From NCBI RefSeq assembly GCF_009914755.1, contig NC_060937.1: DNA of 64,000 nucleotides; one strand, 5' to 3'. This document shows positions 54,801-64,000 of the stretch, one piece after another; position 1 is the stretch's first letter, and each line of letters starts with the position of its first letter. The position numbers and the translations under genes are program-made. The notes under the pieces were generated by a model. The model ran no database searches. It was not told the DNA's origin and saw nothing but the letters and a program-made list of their open reading frames with translations. Origin of the DNA: the human T2T-CHM13v2.0 reference genome, Homo sapiens.

Positions 54801-57707
54801 AGTCAGCAAATGTTAAGTAGCAAATGAATGGGATAGAAGAATATTCATCCAGTTCAGAGCTGGAAAATCACTGTGTACTTGCTAAGTTACAAAAAGACAG
54901 CATCTCAGAACTGGAGAAGAACTCAGAGACCTGAATCTTCCCCACTCATGTCAGACTTGGAGACACTGGAAGCCAAAGGCAGGGATAATTTGCCTAAAAT
55001 GGTGGAATATAAGTGGTATTTGGAGGATGTATAGAGGTTTGACAGACAGAGAATGCCAGAGAGCATTTCCAGGGAGGGAAACAGGAATTTTGTTTTCCTG
55101 AATAATATTCCAATTGTTTTTGATATTGTTTTATTTTCACTAAGAACTTTCTTCCACATCTGGCATCCAGAGAGAGGAGTTTGGGGAAGAGAAGAGGAGC
55201 ACTTTTAACTGTTGCCATCTCCTGCAGTTTGAAAGTTTTCATCCCCATGGAACTCTGGGTCAGTCAATGTAACCAGTTCTTGTGTATCTGATGAAGGACT
55301 ATGGGTATATAAGGGTATATCCAGGGATAGGCAATAACATGAATGAAGTAAAGCTATGGTAGAAAAAGAAATAAAATAAAAAATACGTTAAAATACAACA
55401 TAAAGCATTGAAGCAGAAAAAGTCAAACCTGCAGGAAAATCTGCCCTGGACTCTTTCTTCTGTGTTGTTCTAACAGAGCCTAGTTTTATATAGAATGTTT
55501 GCTGCAAGACGAGACACAAATAGTTCTGAGGATTAACTTTGAATTTCCTGGATTTGGTGGGCATAAATCAGGGCCTTCATGCTATTTTAACACTTTTTGA
55601 AAACAAGGTCCTTATGAATAAATGGCAAAAGTGGGTCAAGAAATGCTTTATTCATTAATAAGTAAAATCTAGAACTTGGAGTAATGCTCCCTAATTATGA
55701 AATGGGCAGCACTCTCTACTGTGTTCCGATTGGCTGACATCAGTTTGAATGCAAAGCTTTATTTCACTGCAGAGTCCTGGCATACTTTACACATTAAAAT
55801 TCTAAGCTGTCTAAGTAGGTGTGAAACTAATTTTGTGTTTATTTTTTAAAACCCACCTATGATCATTTAGGACCATCCACTTCACTTTGGGAGGGCAGCA
55901 CCCGGTTGTAGGTAGGCCCTGGGAGACAATAAAGGAGAGGATAATTTCTTAAATGCCTTAAACCAGAATATTTATAGCTTCCTGGAATAGTTGTAACTAC
56001 TTATCCATTTTTCCAGCCACAACTTTTCTTAATAAGAAGGGCTTTGAAAAACCTGCTAAATCTGGGCATAAAAGGAAACACAAGTTTTCCTAGAGCAGTG
56101 GAATTTTTTAAAGTCACATAGTAACCTTATTGATGAAATCAGGAAGCGAGCACTTTCAGATCAGACTTAAGGGAGGTTATTTACAAAACACAGGCCTTTC
56201 TCAGCAGAGCAGGCATATTCTGCGAGGTTTCTTGCAATACGAAGATATATACTATGGCTGATTTTAAGCAAGTCATATGGTCTTGTGGACCCTTCTTCAA
56301 TGGGAAATGTTAAATAGCATTACTAGCAAGTGATTCACTCAGAACCACCAGGAAGACTATTTGCAGAGGTCGCTTGACACTTTAAAAATAGTGATAATAA
56401 TAGAGTCAGATTCATTAGCAGTTAAGTTGGAAAGAAATATTTTTTCTGCTTGAATAGAATGTATCTTCCTTGAATTAGGCTTCTCTTGAAAACACTTTAT
56501 GAATGTCTATTCTGATAAAATCTAATTTTTAAATTTTATTGGGCCATGGACAATCTAATCTAATGTACATTTTTGGAAAAGCTATATTCATACTGACCAC
56601 CAAGAACTGATGCTTTGGTACCTTCCCCCATAAAGATTTTAACTGATATATTTTCTCTTAATATTCTTCCTCCTTTAAAAAATTAAGTAAAATAATTTTG
56701 AATGTTGTGAAACAAAATCTCCCTCTCCAAACTAGTGGCTTTCCATTCTAGAGGCCACCATCCTTTTATTATATCTCCTTCAGTTAGGTCCTTTGAACCG
56801 GAACTGATAAGGAAAAGGTTGAGTTTGGTCTATGCCTTTTGGCTGTAATCTCTTCACACTGCTGAGCCTGGCCAGGGTTCTGTAGATGCATTTCATTAGT
56901 CCTGAAACTGCTGAGAAACTGGGAGTCCATCACCACGGCACAGGTTATACAAAACATACAGATCAGAGGCATCAACTTTGAATGCAAAAGGCATAGATCA
57001 TAGCTAAATAATGAGACCAATCTTATAGTAAGCACATTATATTAAAGGCAAATCCCTTTTATTTTCCAACAAATATTATGAGACATTATACAAGTTATTG
57101 CAAAGCATTAAGGAAAATGCAAAGACGTATAAGATGTAAAGCTTTCCTTCGAGAATGGTTGAAGGAAAACTTTGTTTCCAGAACTGTACATAAGATGATG
57201 CATGAACACCAACAACTGAACATAAATGGCTATAAAATAGCATAAGAATGGCATAAGGAAGAAACTGTAGGATTTAGGAAGGTTCACTTTTAGCTAAGAA
57301 AGACTGAGTAGGGGTAACTAGTAAAGATGTAAGGATGCTGAATGTCATGAACCAAGCTAGAATGTAGACAAATATATGTGTAATAAAAAGAACATTAAAG
57401 GGTGGCTCCATTATTGAGGCCTGATCTGCCAGTTACCCTCAGAGACCCTTGGGTCAGATGTTCCATTTCTCATAACCAAAGAGGAGACATTAATTACAGT
57501 TAAATATTATTTGGTTAAAGAAGAATTAGTTGACTCTTGCTAGAAATTAGATTTAGAATTCTGAAACTATATGGATGTTAATTGTTATGACTTTTCATTA
57601 TCTTCAAGGAAGACCAGGGCTATTAAAAATCCCATCTGATTCTCAGGAAGTGAAGGTGACATAAAAGGTTTTAAAACTGCATTGATTCCTGATGAATTTG
57701 TTAATAT

Positions 57708-57756
57708 TTTTCTTTAACTATTGGGTTTTCTTTAACTATTGAGTTTTCTTTAACTA
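57708..57756. repeat. 18-bp tandem repeat, 2.7 copies (ttttctttaactattgRg)
   Basis: Units at 57708, 57726 and 57744. Confidence 0.9.
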
Positions 57757-58330
57757 ACAAGGGGTTTTATTTTGAACTTCCTAGCCAACTTTGGCCACAT
57801 CAAAGAACACTTAGTTTTTAAACACATTTTTAAAGTGACTCATTACTATATTATTTAAATTGTGAACTATAATGCCTTGCTTAGGGAGTAAATAGCTGTC
57901 CATGCTAAATAATTGAACATTTTCACAGAAATTATTTTGAAGACAAGCCTTAATCTAAATAGTTATTGTCATCTTCAAACTGAGGGCTATACATAGCAAC
58001 TAATAGTGTGGAACTTTGGAAGGTAAGTCACCTTCTCCGTTGACCTACTTCCCTTATTTTTCTACTCTAAACTGCCACAATCTGGATCCAAAATGCAGCC
58101 TGGCTTTTCTTAGCAAGCCAAGCACATTCTTGGACTTTCTAAATGCATTTACTGAAGTCTTATAAAGGAATTATTAGTCAGAGACTGCAGGGAAACAAGT
58201 CAAACACATTTCCTGCCCTCATGAAAGATAAAGTCAATTAGGGTAGGCACATATCAAACAAAAAATTACACAAATAATTATTTAATTGCAGTTCTTATGA
58301 AGGGAGACATGTGTCCTGGGGGGCTATGAA

Positions 58331-59453
58331 GGCATTGAGTGTCTGCAGCTTTTCCTGGTGCATGGTGCAAGCTGTCGTTGAATCTACCATTCTGGGGTCT
58401 GGAGGATGGTGGTCTTCTTCTCACAGCTCCACTGTGCGGTGCCCCAGTAGGGACCCTGTGGAGGTTCTGACCCCACATTTTCCTTCTGCACTGCCCTAGC
58501 AGAGGTTCTCAATGAGGACCTTGCCCTGGCAGCATCTTCTGCCTGGGCATCCAGGCATTTCCATATATCTTCTGAAATCTTGGCAGAGGTTCCCAAATCT
58601 CAATTCTTGACTTCTGTGCACTCACAGGCTCAACACCACGTGGAAGCTGCCAGGGCTTGAGGCTTGCACCCTCTGAAGCCACCACCCGTGCTCTACATTG
58701 GCCCCTTTCAGCCACAGCTGGAACAGCTGGGACACAGGGCACCAAGTCCCTAGGCTGCACACAGCATGGGGACCCTGGGCCCAGCTCATGAAACCACTTT
58801 TTCCTCCTGGACCTCTGGGCCTGTGATGGGAGGGGCTGCTGTGAAGACCTCTGACATGCCCTGGAGACATTCTTCCCATTGCCTTGGGGATTAACATTTG
58901 GCTGCTCATTACTTATGCAAATTTCTGCAGTTGGCTTGGATTTCTCCTCAGAAAATGGTATTTTCTTTTCTATCGCAGTGTCAGGCTGCAACTTTTCTGA
59001 ACTTTTAAGCTCTGCTTCTCTTATAAAACTGAATGCCTTTAACAGCACACAAGTCACCTCTTGAATGCTTTGCTGCTTAGAAATTTCTTCTGCTAGATAC
59101 CCTAAATCATCTCTCTCAAGTTCAAAGTTCCACAAATCTCTAGAGCAGGAGCAAAATGCCACCAGTCTCTTTGCTAAAACATAACAAGGGTCACCTTTGC
59201 TCGTGTTTCCAACAAGTTCCTCATCTCCATCTGAGGCCACCTCATCCTGGACCTTATTGTTCATATTACTATCAGCATTTTTTTCAAAGCCATTCAGCAA
59301 GCCTCTTAGAAGTTCCAAACTTTTCCACATTTTCCTGTCTTCTTCAGAGCCCTCAAAACTGTTCCAGCCTCTGCCTGTTACCCAGTTCCAAAGTTGCTTT
59401 CACATTTCTGGGTACCTTTTCAGCAATGCCCCACTCAACTGGTACTTATTTAC
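58331..59453 (-). mobile_element. THE1B internal region (3'-truncated) carrying a 273-aa MaLR ORF (58509..59330)
   Basis: Typical THE1-int peptide (WNFELERDDLGYLAEEISKQQSIQEV, GASLKPWQLPRGVEP); abuts the LTR at 59454. Confidence 0.92.
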
Positions 59454-59810
59454 TGTATTAGTCCATTTTCACACTGCTGATAAAGACATACCTGAGACTG
59501 GGCAATTTACAAAAGAAAGTGTTTTATTGGACTTACAGTTCCACATGGCTGGGGAGGCCCCACAATCATGGCAGAAGGCAAAGAGGAGCAAGTCACATCT
59601 TATATAGATGGCAGCAGGCAAAGAGAGCTTATGCAGAGCAACTATCATTAAAACCATCAGATCTCATGGTATTCACTATCACAAGAATAGCATGGGAAAG
59701 ACTCACCTCCATGATTCAATCATCTCCCACTAGGTTCCCCTCACAACACTTGTGAATTATGGGAGCTACAGGATGAGATTTGGGTGGGAACACAGAGTCA
59801 AACGATGTCA
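59454..59810 (-). mobile_element. THE1B 5' LTR
   Basis: tgtattagtccattttcacactgctgataaagacatacctgagactgggcaatttacaaaagaaag...gagtcaaacgatgtca, 357 bp. Confidence 0.92.
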
Positions 59811-60385
59811 GATACCAAGTGTAAGCTGAGGACAGGAAAGGAGAATGAGTAGGCAAGAGAGGGGCTGGCAGAGGCCAAAGCAGGGAGGGGTCATGTGTGG
59901 GGCTAGTCCTGTAGCTCAAGACTTTGGCACCATCTGGGGATAGGAGACATGAGAGATGGTCAAAATATTTCAGTATTTCAGGCTATAATGGGCTGAAGAG
60001 ATTGGAGAAGATAAGATGAGAGAAGAGAAGAAACAAGACAAGAAGAGAGTTTCAGGAAGGGGAAGAGACAACAAGGCCAGAGAGAGCCATTTGCAGTGGA
60101 TCAGTGATAGGTTAAATTTCAGTGGCCAAATAAGAGGAAGACATAAAATGAATTGAATGACAAAGTAGGTAGAGACAAAAGTCAGAAGGTAACAGGGTCA
60201 TGGAAAGGTTTGCCTTTAAGACCGGAGTAACTTGAAGGGAAAGAGCCAAAGAAAAGGTGAGGCAGTGACATAGGGAGCAAAATGGGAAACATGTCACAGT
60301 TTGATAGATTGGCCTTGAAGAGAAAAGTGGACTTCTATACTCAGAAGAATTTGCATTTTAATAGAGAATAATACTTTAATTCAGA

Positions 60386-60490
60386 GCAGTGTAGTCTAAT
60401 AAAATATACAATAGGAGACATATATGTAATTTGAAATTTTCTTTAATTCACATTAAAAAAGTAAAAGGGAACAGCTGAAATTAAAAAAAA
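60386..60490. mobile_element. MER33-like hAT fossil, cut by L1 insertion
   Basis: cagtgtagtctaataaaatatacaat...catatatgtaatttgaaattttct...cacattaaaaaagtaaaagggaacagctgaaattaa. Confidence 0.65.
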
Positions 60491-63400
60491 ATTATTGTTA
60501 TGGGTACATAGTAGGTATATATACTTATGGGGTACATGAGATATTTTGATACAGGTATACAAGGTGTAATCATCACATCAGGGTAAATGGGTTATCCATC
60601 ACCTCAAGCATTTATCATTTCTTTGTGTTACAAACATTCCAATTATTCTTTTCGTTATTTTTAAATGTACAATAAATTATTGCTGACTGTAATCACCCTG
60701 CTGTGCTATCAAATGCTAGATCTTATTCTTTCTATCTAACTATATTTTTGTATCTGTTAACCATCCACATACCCCACCCACTACCCTTCTTAGCCTCTGG
60801 TAACCATCATTCTAGCCTCTCTCTCCATGAGTTCAGTTGTTTTAATTTTTAGCTCCCACAAATGAGTGAGAATATGTGAAATTTGTCTTTCTGTGCCTGC
60901 CTTATTTCACTTAATATAAGGTCCTCCAGTTTCATCCATGTTGTTGCAAATGATAGTATCTCATTCTTTTTATGGCTGAATAGTACTTCATTGTTTATAT
61001 GCACCATATTTTCTTTATCCATTTGTCTTTTGCTGGATACTTAGGTTGCTACCAAATCTTGGCTATTGTGAATAGTGCTGCAATAAACATGGGCATGCAG
61101 ATATCTCTTTGATATACTGAATTCTTTTCTTCTAGATATATATCTAGCAGTGGGATTGCTGGATCATATGGTAGTTCTATTTTTAGTTTTTTGAGGAACC
61201 TCCATACTGTTCTGCAGAGTGGCTGTACTAATTTACATTTCCACCAAAAGTGTATGAACAAGGGTTTCCTTTCTTCCATGTCCTCACCAACATTTGTTAT
61301 TACCTGTCTTTTGGTTAAAAGCCATTATAACTGGGGTGAGATAATAGCTCATTGTAGTTTTGATATGCATTTATCTGATGATCAATGATATTGAGCACTT
61401 TTTCATATGCCTGTTTTGACATTTGTATGTCTTATTTTGAGAAATGTGTATTCAGATCTTTTGTTCATTTTTAAGTCAGATTATTAGATTTTTTCCTATT
61501 AAGTTGTTTGAGCTCCTCATAGATTCTAGTTATTAATCCCTTGTCATATGGATAGTTTGCCAGTATTTGCTCCCATACTGTGGGTTGTCTCCTCACTTTG
61601 TTGATTGTTTCCTTTTCTGTGCAGAAGCTTTTTAACTTGATGTGATCGTATTTGTCCATTTTTGTTTTGGTTGACTGTGCTTTTGGGGTATTACTCAAAA
61701 AATCTTTGCCTAGACCAATGTCCTGGAGAGTTTCTCCAATGTTTTCTTTTAGTCATTTCATAGATTAAGGTCTTAGATTTAAGCCTTTAATCCATTTTGA
61801 TTTTATTTTTGTATATGGTGAGAGATAGATGTATAGTTTCATTCATATGGCTATCCAATTCTCTCAGCACCATTTATTGAAGAGACTGCCCTTTCCCCAA
61901 TGTATATTCTTGTCCCCTTTGTTGAAAATGAGTTCACTGTAGATTTATCAATTTGTTTCTGGGTTCTCCATTCTGTTCCATTGGTCTGTATGTCTGTTTT
62001 TATGCCAGTACCATGCTGTTTTGGTTACAATAGCTCTGTAGTATAATTTGAAGTTAGGTAATGTGATTCCTCCAGTTTTCTCCTTTTTGCCTAGGATGGC
62101 TTTGGCTATTCTGGGTCTTTTTTGGTTCCATATAAATTTTAGGATTTTTTTTTTCTATTTCTGTGAAGAATGCCATTGGTATTTTGGGGTTGCATTGAAT
62201 CTGTAGATTGCTTTGGGTAGTATGGACATTAACAATACTAATTCTTCTAATCCATGAGCAAGAAATATCTTTCCATTTTTTTAGTGTCCTCTTCAATTTA
62301 TTGCATCAGTGTTTTATAGTTTTCATTGTACAGAGCTCTCACTTCTTCGGTTAAGTTTATTCTGAGGTATTTTATTTGTAGCTGTTATAAATGGGAATAC
62401 TTTCTTGATTTCTTTCAGCTTGTTCATTGCTGGAAATACTACTGATTTTTGTATGTTGATTTTTTCTCTGCAACTTTACTAAATTTTTTAATTAATTGTA
62501 GTAGGTTTTTGGTGGAGTCTTTAGGTTATTCCAAATGTAAGATTATGCCATCTGTAGCACAAAGGTAATTTGACTCCTTCATTTCCAATTTAGATGGCTT
62601 TTATTTTGTTCTCTTGTCTGACTGCTCTATCGAGGACCTCCAGTACTGTGTGGAATAACAGTGGTGAAAGTGGGCCTCCTTATCACATTCCGGATCTTAA
62701 AGGAAAGGCTTTCAGTTTTTCCTAATTCAGTATGATGCTACCTGCAGGTATGTCCTATATGGCTTTTCTTGTATTGAGGTATGCTTCTTCTGTAACCAGT
62801 TTTTTGAGGGTTTTGTTTTTTAATCATGAAGGGATGTTAAATTTTATCAAATGCCTTTTCAGCATCAATTGAAATAATCATGATTTTTGTCCATTCTGTT
62901 GATATGATGTATCATATTGATTGATTTTACTTATGTTGAACCATCCTTCCATCCCTGTGATAAATCCCACTTGGTCATGATAAATGATCTTTTTTTTTTT
63001 TTTTTTGAGACAGAGTCTTGCTCTGTCGCCCAGGCTGGAGTGCAGTGGCACACGATCTCGGCTCCCTGCAAGCTCCACCTCCTGGGTTCACGCCATTCTC
63101 CTGCCTCAGCCTCCCGAGTAGCTGGGACTACAGGCACCCGTCACCACACCCAGCTAATTTTTTTGTATTTTTAGTAGAGACAGGGTTTCAGCGTGTTAGC
63201 CAGGATGGTCTCGATCTCCTGACCTCGTGCTCCACCTGCATCAGCCTCCCAAAGTGCTGGGATTACAGGCATGAGCCACTGCGCCCGGCCGATGAATAAT
63301 CTTTTAAATGTGTTGTTGGATTTGGTTTGCTAGTATTTTGTTGGGGACTTTTGCAATAATGTTCATGGGGAATATTAGCTTGTAGTTTTGTTTTGGTTTG

Positions 63401-64000
63401 GGGATTTTTTTTTTTTTTTTGGAAGTGTCTTTGTCTAGTTTTGGTATCGGTAGTATGGCCTCATAAAATAAGTTTGGAAGTATTCCCTCCGCCTCTGTTT
63501 TTTGAAATGGTTTGAGTAGTATTGATATTAATTCTTTATTTGGCAAAATTCCACAGTGAAGCCGTTGGGTCCCAGGGTTTTCTTTGCTGGGAGACTTTTT
63601 ATTATGGCTTCAATCTCATTACTTGTTACTGGTCTATTTAGGAGTTGGATTTCTTCATGGTTCAATCTTGGTAGGTTGTATGTGTCTAGGAATTTATCAA
63701 TTTCTTCTAGGTTTTTTAAGCTATTGGTATATAGTTGCTCATAGTAGTCCCTAATGATCCTTTGAATTTCTGCAGTATCAGTTGTAATGTCTCCTTTTTC
63801 ATCTCTGATTTTACGTATTTGGGTTGGCTCTCTCTTTCTGTCTAAAGGGTTGTCAATTTTGTTTATCTTTTCAAAAAATCAACTTTTCATTTTTGTTGAT
63901 CTTTTATATTTATTTCATTTCAATTTCATGTATTTCTGCTTTGATCTTTATTATTTATTTCTACTAATTTTGGGTTTCATTCTCTTTTCTAGTTCTTTAA
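60491..64000 (-). mobile_element. L1MA(2/3)-like LINE-1, 3' UTR and ORF2, runs off the window end
   Basis: 3' UTR tgggtacatagtaggtatatat...; ORF2 peptides 61049..61279 ([14 protein letters not shown]), 61471..61698 and 63304..63546 (EGILPNLFYEA). Confidence 0.92.
62994..63290 (-). mobile_element. AluY
   Basis: ctgcaagctcc, gttcacgccatt, gttagccaggatggtctcgatctcctgacctcgtg; 15-bp TSD gataaatgatctttt / gatgaataatctttt. Confidence 0.93.

Overview
Human (primate) nuclear genomic DNA: AT-rich, CpG-depleted, no CpG island, and I can support no host protein-coding exon, tRNA, rRNA or CRISPR feature. A pristine AluYb8 (a human-specific subfamily) points to Homo sapiens. Much of the window is interspersed repeat. 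L1s span many ages, including an essentially full-length L1PA15/16-type element nested in an older L1 at ~29.3-41.5 kb. Also present: nine Alus or Alu fragments, MaLR/ERVL LTRs (MLT1, MST, THE1, LTR33), a truncated THE1B provirus with a 273-aa internal ORF, L2, MIR, CR1/L3 fossils, and DNA-transposon fossils (MER44, MER81, MER58, Tigger3a, MER3, MER33). The supplied ORFs are repeat-derived or chance-length. I found no new multi-gene biological system. Best second-look items: a BC200 (BCYRN1) retrocopy with a perfect 13-bp TSD, a candidate orphan retro-insertion of unique sequence at 40.8-41.35 kb, the young AluYb8, a templated repair patch inside an L1, and a motif-dense candidate enhancer at ~43.2 kb. 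Repeat subfamily names come from recalled consensus sequences, and boundaries of old repeats are approximate.
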